A DNA stretch of 62,814 bases, the filler included, from Collodictyon triciliatum (lineage: Eukaryota), in the NCBI GenBank assembly GCA_043381765.1. It is 6 parts of 6 records of this genome, joined end to end, with 100 filler letters (N's around TTAATTAATTAA, not from the genome) between each part and the next. Parts side by side here need not be neighbours in the genome. Positions count along the whole stretch, not along the records: positions 1 to 12,873 come from JBHJMP010002088.1; positions 12,974 to 25,806 come from JBHJMP010002091.1; 4 more parts are not named here. One strand, written 5' to 3'. Shown here piece by piece: positions 1 through 21,057 of the stretch (position 1 is the first letter of the stretch; the number at the start of each line of letters is the position of its first letter). The notes below the pieces were generated by a model. It was not told the origin of the DNA. It did not search any database and saw nothing but the letters and a program-made list of their open reading frames with translations. The translations under genes were made by a program, and so were the position numbers.

Positions 1-9
1 AAAAAAAAG

Positions 10-47
<38 letters not shown>

Positions 48-215
48 AAGTAAAAAGTAAAAAGTAAAAAGTAAAAAGTAAAAAGTAAAAAGTAAAAAGT
101 AAAAAGTAAAAAGTAAAAAGTAAAAAAGGAGGAATCTGAAGAAATCTTCTTTACGGCTAGCTTTTTATACCATCATTACACGCGCATAATCTTGCAATAC
201 GCTTCTTAATAACAG

Positions 216-891
<676 letters not shown>

Positions 892-1209
892 AACAAGACC
901 ACCCCGGCGAAAAAGAATGAACATGAATACCCAAAGCAACAGAGACAACCACTCGCATCCACAGGCAGAAAAAAGAAAGGAAGAAAGAGCCACGGACTCA
1001 AAGAATGCATTGAAAAGCGGAACAGTTGTTTGAGTTTCGAAAGGTGTTGCGGTAAACTCACGGCACATTAAGAGTCAAGAGTCGCGACGAGTCATGAGCT
1101 GATTTCTCTTCTTACTCGTTTGTGCACGCGATTGTTTGTGTTCTTCTGTTCCTTTTCTAAACGCTCGCACCAGTAAAGAAGGGAAGAGTTTTCTACTGCG
1201 CTGAGAAAG

Positions 1210-6869
<5,660 letters not shown>

Positions 6870-7102
6870 GGACTTTCATGTTAGCTAACTTGACTCCCTT
6901 CGTCTGTCCTTTTTTTTTTTTTTTGACTGATTGATTGATTACCCTCCAAACTTTGTTTCCTTCATTATTGTTGTCGTGCAGAAGCATAATACGTAACAAC
7001 AAAATATCAACGATTATTTCTTCATAAACATGTGATGATGTCCTTTAAGATAACGGTGCTTCTGATAGACATGTCTTGATTTGATCGGATTCTTGATGAA
7101 CT

Positions 7103-10100
7103 TTATACTAATTTCCGATTCAAGAAACGAGACAGCTCGTGTCTAAACTTTCTCCAATACTGTATCGACTTTCTTGACGAGATTTCCAAGTTGCGAATAT
7201 CGCTCACCTGTTTGGAAAAAAAGAAAGAAGGAAAATGGATTTGGTTCAATAACAAGGCACTTATATTTTTTACACGAGGAAACTTACATGGCGCATGAAA
7301 ACAAGGATTATTGTGTGTGAAATAGGTTCATGTCGCACGAACATCAACAGAATTACTTTGTGGATGTAATGCAGGTTCCACACTTCCAAAACTTTGAGGA
7401 ATTCAACAATAATAGAGTGCATCGCCAGCTCATCAAGAGCCGCAAGTCTTGATATTTCCTATAGTGTGGGCTTCAGTGAAAGAGAAACGAGAATAATGTG
7501 CAAAATAGTAAATAATAATAATAATTTATTGGGAAACGATGTTTCTCTGCAATTACTCAATTTTGATTAGCACATCTATTTATTATTTTACAGACTTGAA
7601 ATGCTATTTTTTTTCTTGCTTAGAAGTGACCATATATTAGATATTACAGTAAAGCAGTGTTCCATGCGGTTCTGGTTGTTTTCATACATCCAGAGTATTA
7701 TGGACGTGTTGACGCAACTGATGTCTAAGGAATAAAATGAGTATAAAATTCATGTATGGCATGGCAACTTGGTGTGATATTATTTATTGAATCGCCTACT
7801 TTCGTGATTAATAGCATTCTGGGTAACGATTTTCATCATCTCGTACAAAACGGTGTATCGGTTTTGAAAGAATATGTAGAATATCTGTTAGAATGTGAAT
7901 ATATTCAGTACCGAACGTCTGATAATAGTCAGATTCCATTAAAAAAAATAATAAATCAACAAAACCGCATTAATTACGACCCACAATGGGTATACCTTGT
8001 CAAAAAGAACAACATCGTGTTCATGTAGTGAAAGACGCTGCATTTTTTCTTCTGAAATCAAAAGAATGTAACGGAGGAACACGTTTGAACAAAGGATCTT
8101 TTCTAGCAGGAAATCTATGCACATTCAGAATGAGTGTATAATCATTATTTTATTTAATTTTGCAAATATATGAATAATGGATGTTCGTATGGAGTGATTA
8201 AGTGAGCACCGAAAAATTTTGAGAGTTGCCGGGTGCTTGCTGAACCTGCCAATACGTCCAACATCTGGAATTGCAAAGCCACATGCAACAAACATTTAGT
8301 AAATTCAAATTGGCTTAGAAATCAATAATCCGATGAATCTGATACTTTCAATATTATCGAAATCAAATCTAACGAGAAACCTTTGGATGATATGTTATGA
8401 GAGAACCGAGTAAATCAAATAACGTCTGCAACCCTTCGTCACTATCATTTCCTGATACAAGCAGCATTACGGAGTTCTGTTTCATGGTTTAGTAGAGAAT
8501 TCACAGTGTCACATAGATAAATGTATTTTATTTTAAAAAAATTGTCACATCTATATTTCCAAAAAAAACCTCAATTATTTCTGATTTGACAAGAATGGGA
8601 TGCAGGCAGGCTGGAGCAGCTCTACAAAATGATTCGACAGTAGCAGCAAACCAGAATCTAAGATTGGATATACAAAAATCATCAGCCTGTTTGATATTAA
8701 AGATGATTTTACCTTGTATAACACGCCAAAGTGTTCATTAAATTTGAAATATGCCTGTAATGCTTCAGCTTAGTCTCGTACACGAACTTCGCAGCCTGAG
8801 TTATCTTTTTTTTTTTGTAAACAAAATTGAAATAAATATCTGTTAGAAGAGATTTGATTGATAAAATACTATTATAGTAAATAAAAAATAGGTTGAATAG
8901 ATTTTATGTTAAACATGACAACGCATTAAATCACACGACAATTGTTTCAGCCAAAATTAATCTTTACAATCCCTTTTTCACCGATGCACCCTAAATTATG
9001 ATGATCCTTGGAAACTGGCACTGAGAAATTTAATACAAATATTTAATACAATTATTGTAAAAAAAAAAAGGTAGCCTGTTATGCAATATTTTCTATATCA
9101 TATTTACATCCGATGGATAGAAGTTCTGCTTTGGAAAGGCATAGGTGATGGTACTCCCTCCCATCGGTCTCAAAATCAATGAGATTTTCAATCGCTCGGA
9201 TGAGCTGAATTCGATTGTTTAGTTCTGGAACGCAATGGCATCTATCCGTCAAAATAAAAACGTAATTCAATTTAATGGCTATCAATCACACAGATTATTT
9301 TAATGCATATTCTCATATGCATTTTTATATACATGTAAGGTGAACCATACCCTGGCCCATGGTTTTCTAAGCACTATGTTGTCAATATATTCAGCATTGT
9401 GTGATGGTTGATATGATTAAGTTCATTAGGATATTTTAATTCTTTAACTTACCATCTCTGTCTTAAACTAAAATAAACAACTCAAGAATGTGGAAATAAA
9501 CACACCTCAGCATACCCAGCTGGTTCTCCAAGCCAATCTATTTTTTCGAATTCTTGTGATAGAATCTTGATATACCCCTCCTTAACCAAGGTTTTCTGAG
9601 AAAAAGTTTGTCGCATTACCAGATATTAGGGGCCATCAGTTGATAATACATCAGTGAGAATTCGTAGACGACTCAAAAAATGTAATAGTTGAAGTATGAC
9701 TACTTGCACATCGCGGCGTCGAGGACCAGAGAGCAATCCTTGAAGAACATACTTCACAACAGCCTTTTTCGTTTAACTCATTAGAAAGAAGTGCGATATT
9801 TACATATTTGTGAGCTTCAATCAGTATAAAGACTGCATTTAATAATATTTTAAATGATTAATCGTCCCTACTGTTTTAGATGGCGCGACGTATTGATCGA
9901 TAATAATTCTTTGTGTTTCATTTTGGGTATTTGGTGATATTATTTCATCTGGGATTGCATTTCGAAAAATCGATGAAATGAAAGGGTCTATTAGGTGATA
10001 GAGCCAGTGTTTGGCAAGGTGTCAATGCATGTCGCTCTTTTACTGGCTGGAAAAGATATTTGAAAACTACCAGGAGCTATCCCCAGCATCTGTGATTGCT

Positions 10101-12785
10101 CGATTATAGACATTATTGTAGGAGGCAGGATGTCTACAATGAAACATTTGAGCGATTGACAAAGAAGAAACTAAATACGCTGTAAAAATGTACAGAAAAA
10201 TGCGAATGGAAAGGGTCTCCCTATTGGAAAAAAAAAGGATGTGGTTTTTGCAGTGGTGATATAGAATTGTTCAAATACTCTGAGGACTTCTCAAATTCAG
10301 TTGGTGTATTTCCACCATGCGGGAGAGAAATCCATCAATACCGGATAAATACGCTGGAAAGCCAGACATTTGATTAATTGAATGATGCAATGTGAATATA
10401 CAGGCGAAACTGGAGTCTTAAATTTCAAAGTATTAGAAACCTTGATTGCGATGAAGAATTCGCTGTTTTTCACCAAAATGGGTTTTCAAAATATGAATCG
10501 GTTTTATGGGTGCTTCTGTGAGAAAGGAAGTAAGATTGAGAAAACCCGACTCCATGTGAATATTAGGAGGAGATACTTTAGGCAGGTCTTAATTGATTTT
10601 ATCTTGTATTTTGTAATTTGCTTTTTTTTTAAAAGTAAATGGTGTAAAAAATATGTGTTTCAAACCTTTCTCGCTGAATTCAGGCGAGTCATCTGCGTCG
10701 GTGATAAGCAAAGCTAAGACAGGACATAGATGGAGCAAACTGCTCGTATCGACCAGGCGAATAAGCTTCGAAAGGTGAGCTATTGAGGCATAGAAAATGG
10801 TTTGGCAGGGTTAAATGATTATTTTTGGATTCATGAATTACGATACAATAAATACTTACAGAAGGTGGACAAGTCAATCAAAATAAACGAGTGATCAAGC
10901 AAAATCTCCAAAATATTGCATAGGATGGGAAGTGAAATATCGAAGCTCTAATTCGCACAGCATAAGTTCTTGGGTTATTAAATCACATATGCACATGGTA
11001 GCTCTTTTTATTCGAATGCACGTATGTCAAATTTTCAGCATAGCATTGCTTATTTGAAACATACCATGAATGAAAATAGGGTGTTGATGGCCGTTTTAAT
11101 GTCTTTGATTATCATATCGATTTCAAGAGGCATCTGACCCATTATTGCATTTAGTGAAAATGTATCTTGTTGAGAAAATTGGATAGAAATGAAGATTTTG
11201 GCTTTGAATCTTACATACCAAGAGTAAGATATCGCGAATTATTGTCAGTGAGTGAACTTTACACATCTTTTTCAAATATACAGAAAACGATTCTGTGGCA
11301 TCAAGATGATATTTCAATTAATTGTACCAAATCATTTTTATTTCAAACAAAATTATAATGGTTAATGAATATATTCGATGACTTTGGATACAAGTAAAAT
11401 TTGAAACCTGGTCGCTCAGCCTTTGTTCTTGGGTCTTCCAAGAAAATTGTTAATCGAAGCAAAATATCTGCGCCGCTATAAGATATAAAACTATAACAAT
11501 TGTCCAGAGCCGATGGATTTTCGTCGTTCATTGCTTCAGATAGCGTTTCTAGGTTTCTTGGTATCTGTTTAGTGATTTTCAAGAAAAAAAATATTAGCAA
11601 ATCGAATCAGTACGGTGATGGACATAAAAAATAGTCATTAAGTTGGACCAAATAATATTGATATTGGGAATTTTAAATAATCAATGAGAATTTGAATAGC
11701 GCTAAAATTATTTACAAAATAGACCTTAGTGAGGCTGGACGAAGGATCGACAATGATCTCCTCCAGTTCCATCAAAAGCGATAATATCTGATTTGATTCG
11801 GCATCCATAGCATCAACCAATAGAGTAGGAATCTATCTCATGTGTGGTGGAAATAGTATTACAGTCTGAAGTCAAAAAATGAATCAATCAATCGCCTTTG
11901 CAGTCTATTCATAAACATAAACATTCGCAAAGAAGTAATAGCGTGTAAGATTCCTCTGAAATTTCATACAGAAAAGCCTTAAAGCTATAAATCAATCCTA
12001 TGAAACTGACCTCGCCAATTGCTCGAAAAGAGCGGCTCTTGAGTTCTCTATGGAATAATTTGGTGGCGACACTCTTTGGTTGAAAGAATCCTTTGCAAAG
12101 AGATATTGAGCGTGCGTGGTTAGTAAGAATCCCTATGAACAACATATAAATGCAAATGTAAATCTGAATCTAATGATACGATGATATGACCGGGAGAGTT
12201 GCACAAACGGTAAGCGCCAAGAAGGTTATGGCGAGGACACTTTGGGGGCTTTTCGTTCCCGGGACCTTCCGGCTCGCCATAAACATACCTTCGAAAACTC
12301 TTGGCTGAGCTTGACACCTGCAACGATAAAAAAAAAAAAATATGCCGTTAAGAATCATATGTTGGCATTCACGTTTGTAAAGTCATTTCACGGGATCAAT
12401 CTATGTTGCTCAACGCTTAATCTCGCAAAGTAAAAAGAATATAAAAAAAGATAGTTTTTCTTATTCTTCCTTTCAATTTGTGCTAGATGATACAAGGAGC
12501 ATAATCATATATTTGAAGAGTCTTGGGTTTCTTTGGTTTTGATGGATATAATCATTGATTGTGCCTGTGGATGGATTCGGCTCAGAGATGAAGTTGGAGA
12601 TACTTTAGAGGAAAGCAAACCCAATTACACAACTCCAGAATGCGTGTGTTTTGCAACTCATACAACGGTGAGCGTTGACCGCAAATGCTGGTTCCGTCGG
12701 TAAGCGAGGGCTGGGGGAGAGTGGGTCCCAAAGCAGGGTATGTCCTCGTCTCCCGTGTTGTTACTCTTGCACAAGTTTCGCTCAT
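7103..12785 (-). CDS. TRPC4AP: TRPC4AP/TRUSS-like protein (CRL4 substrate-receptor family), multi-exon; start uncertain
   Basis: Spliced peptides HLSKLIRLVDTSSLLHLCPVLALLITD, NQAYLSGIDGFLSRMV, VKYVLQGLLSGPRRRDVQ, CHCVPELNNRIQLIRAIENLID and LEISSRKSIQYWRK are colinear with TRPC4AP motifs as I recall them (NQAALLSIPGFVERL, CDCSPDITLKIQFLRLL, LENSSCISFSYWK). Confidence 0.75.
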
Positions 12786-12793
12786 TCGAAGGA

Positions 12794-12873
<80 letters not shown>

Positions 12874-12973
12874 NNNNNNNNNNNNNNNNNNNNNNNNNNN
12901 NNNNNNNNNNNNNNNNNTTAATTAATTAANNNNNNNNNNNNNNNNNNNNNNNNNNNNNNNNNNNNNNNNNNNN
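12874..12973. other. Artificial contig-joining linker (N-TTAATTAATTAA-N)
   Basis: A six-frame-stop 12-mer flanked by N runs; the same structure occurs 5 times. Confidence 0.97.
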
Positions 12974-13072
<99 letters not shown>

Positions 13073-13170
13073 CGTAATTAAAAATCATAAATTTTAGATA
13101 TATCGACGGAGAGAAAAACAGCACAATCGTTATATACAAAAAGAAGGAAGTTTAGTGTCAAGGTTGTGAT

Positions 13171-16100
13171 TACCCCCGCTGATATGCCCCCAGACAACAT
13201 CAACCAATCTTTGCACGACTTGACATCCTTGAACAAGAAACTCTGGGCCTCTCTCAAGGAATTCTTTATAAAAAAAATATTTGTCATTAAAAAAGAATAT
13301 ATTTTTCTATGGGCTGTCATCGTGGATGCTCTTCCGTGGCATACATTTAGGCATAGAACGTATGAAAAGGCAGCAATGTATACTTAGTCCGTATGCTACT
13401 GTGTCGATGCATCGCTGTTGATGGATTGGTAGGTAGATTATTGAAGTAAACTGAATGGCATCCACAACAACAGAACTCATCGCGAATAACTGGCACAAGT
13501 GCTTAACAAACTGGCAGATACTCTACAAAGAACAATACATAATATAAAAATGGCCTCCTTCGATTATTTTTGTTTTTTTTGCGCCCTTTTTTATGATGAC
13601 GATGATGATGATGATGATGATGATGATTGTGCTTAAAAAGTGAAAAGGCTAGCAGAAAGCATTAAAAGATAAATCATCCATGCAACAACTATATTAGAGA
13701 GCATATCTTGTATTGAAGACGCACTTCGGTTAGTCCTTCGTTCACACTTATAACTTCTGGGCACTGCTTCAGGGCATTCCATATTATTCCGATGTTTTGC
13801 TGTGTTGCTGCTATTACATCAGTCGACCTGTTCATACACCTGTACATCATAGTATGTATGAGGACGGTTTTGGTTTCCAAAAAAAAAAAAAAAAATATCA
13901 AAAAGTGGTATAATTGCATCTCCTGAATTTAGATGGCACTTGCGTGCTATTTATTGCAACTTATTTTATTTTTGAAAAATCATGGTAATCTGTTTGTCAA
14001 GCATACCTTAATACAACTGCTAAAAGACACATCCATTTGATTTCCTCTTCTTTTGCACCGGGCTGACCTCGCTAATTTTCGATGGTAAAACTCAATCAAT
14101 TACTATTTTAAAAAAAACCATTTAAAGTGAAAACAAATGAATTGGAGGCGTATGGTGTGGGATGAAATATATTTTCATGGTTGAAAAGAAAGACCTGTGA
14201 TGATGCATTCTGCATTTTTTGCACGAATAAAGTCATAAATTCCTGGTAAATCGATATCCTCTAGCAATATCATGAGTGAAGGATATTAAACGATTTGAGT
14301 AATAAAGTTAATATAACCATATAAACCAAAATGCTTGTTAGATTATCACTAGATGGATTCATACAGTTTCCGTAGGAGCATATCCTGCTAGTATTAGCAT
14401 TCCTTCGGTGCACTTTGATGATACCCCGCCCTTATGTGACATGGTTTAAGTAATATAGTTTTTTTTTNNNNNNNNNNNNNNNNNNNNNNNNNNNNNNNNN
14501 NNNNNNNNNNNNNNNNNNNNNNNNNNNNNNNNNNNNNNNNNNNNNNNNNNNNNNNNNNNNNNNNNNNNNNNNNNNNNNNNNNNNNNNNNNNNNNNNNNNN
14601 NNNNNNNNNNNNNNNNNNNNNNNNNNNNNNNNNNNNNNNNNNNNNNNNNNNNNNNNNNNNNNNNNNNNNNNNNNNNNNNNNNNNNNNNNNNNNNNNNNNN
14701 NNNNNNNNNNNNNNNNNNNNNNNNNNNNNNNNNNNNNNNNNNNNNNNNNNNNNNNNNNNNNNNNNNNNNNNNNNNNNNNNNNNNNNNNNNNNNNNNNNNN
14801 NNNNNNNNNNNNNNNNNNNNNNNNNNNNNNNNNNNNNNNNNNNNNNNNNNNNNNNNNNNNNNNNNNNNNNNNNNNNNNNNNNNNNNNNNNNNNNNNNNNN
14901 NNNNNNNNNNNNNNNNNNNNNNNNNNNNNNNNNNNNNNNNNNNNNNNNNNNNNNNNNNNNNNNNNNNNNNNNNNNNNNNNNNNNNNNNNNNNNNNNNNNN
15001 NNNNNNNNNNNNNNNNNNNNNNNNNNNNNNNNNNNNNNNNNNNNNNNNNNNNNNNNNNNNNNNNNNNNNNNNNNNNNNNNNNNNNNNNNNNNNNNNNNNN
15101 NNNNNNNNNNNNNNNNNNNNNNNNNNNNNNNNNNNNNNNNNNNNNNNNNNNNNNNNNNNNNNNNNNNNNNNNNNNNNNNNNNNNNNNNNNNNNNNNNNNN
15201 NNNNNNNNNNNNNNNNNNNNNNNNNNNNNNNNNNNNNNNNNNNNNNNNNNNNNNNNNNNNNNNAAAAAAAATCGCATGAGGACCTGCATCCTCCCAAATG
15301 ATGGGATCTTGAAAGCAGTTAATGATATACTCCATTGATGGCCTGGCAAACTCAGTGTTTTGGAGAATCTCGTAGGTTGATTCTAATTCGTGGATAAATC
15401 GACCCAGTTCGTGAGCGAGGTTTTAGTGCTTGAAAGATAGATGAATAGGGATGCTAAAGCCCATGGAAATGAACAACTTACCAATAATCAATAAAATATT
15501 TCTCTGAATAAGGATTTGTCGAGGAAGGCTGCTAATAAGTTGAAAAATGGACGTGATTTCGGTGCTGGAGTGCGTTGTAACCTCTGCCAAGGCGTGAATA
15601 TGGTATAGGGCCTGTTTGTTTGTTTATTTATTTATTAATGAATTATTTTTGGTACTTATCTTTTCTGTAAGTATTTACAGGAAGGTTATTCATAGAGATG
15701 AAAAGAATTTTAAAAAAACGTTAACCGTATTAAAATTGACTTCACTAATGATGATTAATTTCTTGTGATTAACATGAAAAACTAGAAAAATCATACTGAT
15801 TCTATTTGATTCCACAGATTTGTTGCCTATAGGGAAAAAATAGCAATAAGAAATGAACTCAAAGAGGTGGTAATACGGCCGCCCAAATATCAATAAATCA
15901 TTTAGGAAAATATAAAACAGAAGCGACACAATCAATTATTTACAAAGGACTGCATACTTGTGCCAAAATCAAGAGTAGTTGAATTAGCTGGTTTCCTATA
16001 ATTCGAGAACATGATATCATAGCATCACAAGACACAGCCCGATAAGTCAGGAACTCAGAGTCTTGTGATAAATCTATTGAGGAAAAGATATTCATATTCA

Positions 16101-16918
16101 AAAAAATATAAATGTATGTTCCGTTAACAAACAGTGCGTAGATTTTTTTTCCCGCGTTTAAGTTGAGGAAAATATATTGTTGGTTGGGTCAAAAATCATA
16201 ACTTTGTTGATAATTTTTTTTTTAAAAAAAAAACTTTTGAATATAGTAAACCTTCGTCTAGTGGCATCTGAGTTCTCAGAGAAGTCAGCTGAGCGATCTG
16301 GCTGAAAAAAGACCCCATGGCGACCTATAGTATAACTCATAGTTTTGAAGACTGAAATTATAGTTTCATTTTTGCGTCCGCAATTCGGGTTTCGATTTTG
16401 ATTCTTTTAAAAAGAGTATCAATTTAATGTTTATTTTGTACTATTTTTATCCATATCTTTGATTATTCTCCATTCCCACCTTGATTTGATTTTGGTCTTG
16501 CTGCGCTAGAGACGTTATATGGCTCTCAATTTTTATGATTATGTCAAATGCGTTGATTGAGATCTGAAAAATGAAATGAAAAAAATGCTATCTCAAAAAA
16601 ACTACGCTTTCGATAGTTACATTTTCAACCAGATACACTTCGGCGGATATTATATAGCCAGCCAATTTCATAAAAGGATTACATGATGATTACAGAAAAT
16701 GCAAACTTACATTTCCATCTGGATGAGATAAAATTTCGCTGACAAAAGGCAACATAATAGTAATCGGTGGAAGTGGATTTCCCTCTTTTTGTGATCACCA
16801 AATTGAAGAGACATTTTTAGTAAGCAACATTAACTGAGCGTATAATATTTTATAATAATAAGTAAATAAAACTTTGAATCGAATAAAGGAAAAAAAATAA
16901 TAAGTAAATAAATAAATA

Positions 16919-17014
<96 letters not shown>

Positions 17015-20000
17015 GCAAATAAAAACGTATAGAATGTATACAAAATCAGATTTATTTACTGGTAAAATTAAGCATAAGTTACAAAATTAATCTGCGTGAA
17101 AAGAGAGAAAAATGGTATTTTTATAACACAATAACATCCGGAATCAGTGTTTACCTCCAAGCAAACCAGGTATAAATAGGACAGATGTGTGTGATTCAAA
17201 TATTTCTCTGATCAATAAAGCAACGGAACTACATATTTCATTACTTTCGTCTAAGAAAAATTGTAAATTAATATCTAAGTGCAAATATCAATCGAAATTA
17301 TTGCGAAGAATATGTATTGATGGCATCAAGAAATTACACAACAAAATGATTTAAGAATATCGGTTTTAAAGTTGCATATAATATATTTACCTTCTTTTGC
17401 CTTGGCAAAAATTTGGGATAAAGTGTTTACTTTTCCAAAGAACTCTACGAATACAACATATAATTCAGGAGGGACCTGTTTTGAAAGAATATTCAGAGTA
17501 TGTAACTTCAAAGTGAAGTATTTATTTTGGAATTTTAAATGAATTTTTCTTTTCTTCTTTTCTTGCTTTGTAAGATTTTTAAAATAAAAATTTTATGGAA
17601 CAGAAACCTCATTTTCGAAGGAACATTGAAGAAAGTCAGTGGCTACTTGAACAAGATTAGGCACTTGAATCATTTGAAAGAATAAGTTCATCGCTCTACT
17701 TTTAACTAGGTCACTAATCGCAGAGAACCAAATATGTATTAAATTATTCATCGCCCATTATTAAGATATATCAATCAGCGATGGCCAACAATATTTATCA
17801 TCTTGATTATCCAATACGATATTAAAAAAATTATTTCTTTTTCTTTATTGATAATGTTTGTTTTCAATGTTTTTTTTTTCCATGTTTTTTCAATGTTTTT
17901 TAGATGGTTTTTTTTTAATGTTTAACATTGAGCAAAAAGTTGAATCTACCTCATAGAAATTCCAAACTCAAGCCAGCTTTTTAGGCATTTGATTGTTTGG
18001 TGCTGAATGGCCTCGTCTCTTGATTCGAAAATAGTCACGCATAGAGAAAGGAGGTTTGCACTCTGGTTCTTTAGAATTGTTTTTATCTTCCTCCTAAAAT
18101 TCCCAAAAATAACCCCCACAGAAAAAGTAATTGTTGGACATCTTTGTTTATCTTTCATAAGGAAAAGAACAGTAAAAAGAACAAATATCTTGTATATAAG
18201 TAATTGGTTTTTTTTATGTTGCATACGAGTCACCACAAGAAGAACCGGGATAATTTTGTTCCTCCGGAATAAAGCATAGAATTTCGAGACCTATGAATCT
18301 ATTTGGTTAAATTTATTTTATTTTAAGAAAGAAAAAGTATTCTGGTACATCGTATTCGAGGATCTGATCTCATTTGGATCATTTTAATGATGTTCATAAA
18401 AAAAAATGTCAGGAGAATTATTCCAAATGAAAAAAAATTGGATTCGTTAAAATAATATGAATTTCTTGAAATGAGTGAACCAAAAAGGGGAAGTGGAAGC
18501 ATTGGAAGACCTATTTGAGTGATCTTGTGAAGAACAAAGACCAAATAATACATCCAATCCATTAGGAAGGTCTTCTACAAGTCCATAGAGAACTATATTC
18601 CGTTTTAGATTATTCAAAAGACACCGATATATATATACCATGTAAATATAAAACCATAGATCTAATATTCTTTTTAAAAATAAAAAGGAAAAACATATCA
18701 TGAATTGATTATATTTTGATTAGATATCCATATTCAAAATACGTCTAAAGAAAATAAATATGAAAATCCGAAATAGACAGAATAAAGCATGTCGTTATCC
18801 GAGTACAGAAAAATAAAAGAAAAGAACCCCTACTAATCGCAGCGAGTAATTGAGCCGATTTTGAAAAAACAGCCTTTTGCTGTAGTTTGCTTGGTATTAA
18901 CTCAAAAATAGATTGTCTGAGAGCTGATTTGGCTTCTTGGGACAAAGCTGACCTAATGATTGAGTTGTGAGCAACTAAATTATGAAGATATATTAATTCT
19001 TGGTAATTTCTTTGTGTATAATAATGATTCTATTCAAGAGGGCCCCAAATCCAATTTAAGAATTAAAAAAAATTGTAGAAAAATAAAAATGGAAGATGAT
19101 ATAGCAACTATGTAGAAACTCATGAATGTAATTGCAATAAGGTTTGATAAAAGAAGACTAAAGTTTTAGCGGTTGGAAACACCAGTGTGATGGATTGTAG
19201 CGATAACGAAACAACTCTTTAATTCCGTCTCTCTTAATACTATAGATATATATCTTTCGAAATTAAAGGAGTCATCAAAGTGACTAATGAAAATAGACCA
19301 GGAAGAGCGAATCTTTTCAAGCAGGGTCAAAGCTCCAAAGAATTGGAATGCCGGGTCCTAAGGTGAAAACAGCTCGATGAGCACTATGTTATATATTTTT
19401 TTTCTTTATTCAATGAACAGTATGCTATATAAAATCAAGAAAAGAAAAGAAAATAACTAAAAGGGTGTAATCTTTTCATAGTATACGAATATGCGACAAA
19501 GGTATTTAAGTCGAAAAGAGCGATTTGCGATTGGATATTATATACATCATAAAGTGAAACGAGTTTAAAAATTGTGAATACGGGATGATTAGTTAGGAGT
19601 TGTTGAGAAAATGTCCAAGCAACATCGTGCTTGTAGAAATCTCGAAGAAAGCGATCTGCCCCAGCTTTCTGGGAGGGGTCGGTTCCGTGGTAAAGAACTG
19701 ACAGTGCCTTCGAAAAGGAAATTCGTTGTTTATATCTTAAAAAATACAACAAATGAATGAGTATGTCCATCATAGAAATATTGTGTTTTGTTTGTGTGCT
19801 TCTTGGGGATGGAGATTAAATGGTAATCTTAGTAATAATCTTTATTATGATGATAGCGATAATTAGAATGGGAACGAGATTGACAATTACAATTACAATT
19901 ACAATTACAATTACAATTACAATTACAATTACAATTACAATTACAATTACAATTACAATTACAATTACAATTACAATTACTATTACTATTACTATTACTA

Positions 20001-20865
20001 TTACAATTACTATTACAATTACTATTACAATTACTATTACAATTACTATTACAATTACTATTACTATTACTATTACTATTACTATTACTATTACTATTAC
20101 TATTACTATTACTATTACTATTACTATTACTATTACTATTACTATTACTATTACTATTACTATTACTATTACTANNNNNNNNNNNNNNNNNNNNNNNNNN
20201 NNNNNNNNNNNNNNNNNNNNNNNNNNNNNNNNNNNNNNNNNNNNNNNNNNNNNNNNNNNNNNNNNNNNNNNNNNNNNNNNNNNNNNNNNNNNNNNNNNNN
20301 NNNNNNNNNNNNNNNNNNNNNNNNNNNNNNNNNNNNNNNNNNNNNNNNNNNNNNNNNNNNNNNNNNNNNNNNNNNNNNNNNNNNNNNNNNNNNNNNNNNN
20401 NNNNNNNNNNNNNNNNNNNNNNNNNNNNNNNNNNNNNNNNNNNNNNNNNNNNNNNNNNNNNNNNNNNNNNNNNNNNNNNNNNNNNNNNNNNNNNNNNNNN
20501 NNNNNNNNNNNNNNNNNNATCACTATCACTATCACTATCACTATCACTATCACTATCACTATCACTATCACTATCACTATCACTATCACTATCACTATCA
20601 CTATCACTATCACTATCACTATCACAATCACAATCACTATCACAATCACTATCACAATCACAATGATAAGCGTTAGAATTATAATTAAGAATTAAATTAG
20701 AAATAAGGTTGAATAAATAAAAAAATATATATATTTGCCATCGATCTTCATTAAATCGATGTTGTATGCAGATATTAGGAATGTGGACAATAAGGCTAAA
20801 CAAACCAGGCTAAATGAAAATGGATGGAAAGTTACTTGAATGACTTGCTGGGTGAGCTCTACCAT
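13171..20865 (-). CDS. Importin-beta family karyopherin (importin-13/transportin-3-like), multi-exon, 3'-truncated at contig edge
   Basis: MVELTQQVIQ / ALSVLYHGTDPSQKAGADRFLRDFYKHDVAWTFSQQLL / FQFFGALTLLEKIRSSW / LSQEAKSALRQSIFELI is an IBN_N-type N-terminus. It is followed by helical repeats such as IKCLKSWLEFG. Confidence 0.82.
16871..16895 (+). mobile_element. 25-bp poly(A)-tailed retro-insertion with 17-bp TSD, in an importin intron
   Basis: ACTTTGAATCGAATAAAGGAAAAAA lies between direct repeats AATAATAAGTAAATAAA (16854-16870, 16896-16912). Confidence 0.7.
19884..20663 (+). repeat. Compound hexamer microsatellite (ATTACA/ATTACT/ATCACT)n in the first importin intron, interrupted by a gap
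   Basis: Directly visible tandem hexamers. Confidence 0.95.
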
Positions 20866-21016
20866 CAGTTTCAATCTCTATCCCTCCTAGTCGCTCCCAA
20901 CAAACTATTTTTGCGGCTTGTAAGGTAATAAAACATTATTTGGGTAAAGTCTGGAAAAACTATTGAAGATAAAGAAAAGAAAGAAAAGATGTATTTGGGC
21001 TGAAACTGGTTTGTTT

Positions 21017-21057
<41 letters not shown>

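Noticed and set aside
12918-12929. Recurrent TTAATTAATTAA palindrome
   Set aside because: Always embedded in fixed-length N runs, so it is an assembly linker rather than biology. Cross-linker synteny was disregarded.
19385-19432. Possible fifth short retro-insertion (minus strand CTGTTCATTGAATAAAGAAAAAAAA between TATGYTATATA repeats)
   Set aside because: The motif is diverged and the repeat is imperfect and AT-rich, so chance cannot be excluded. It would be sense to its host. A similar motif at ~48421 has no TSD.
19816-20803. Long dipeptide or homopolymer ORFs (IVIV, ITIT, YYYY, FVFV, EKEK)
   Set aside because: These are translations of microsatellites and N gaps.
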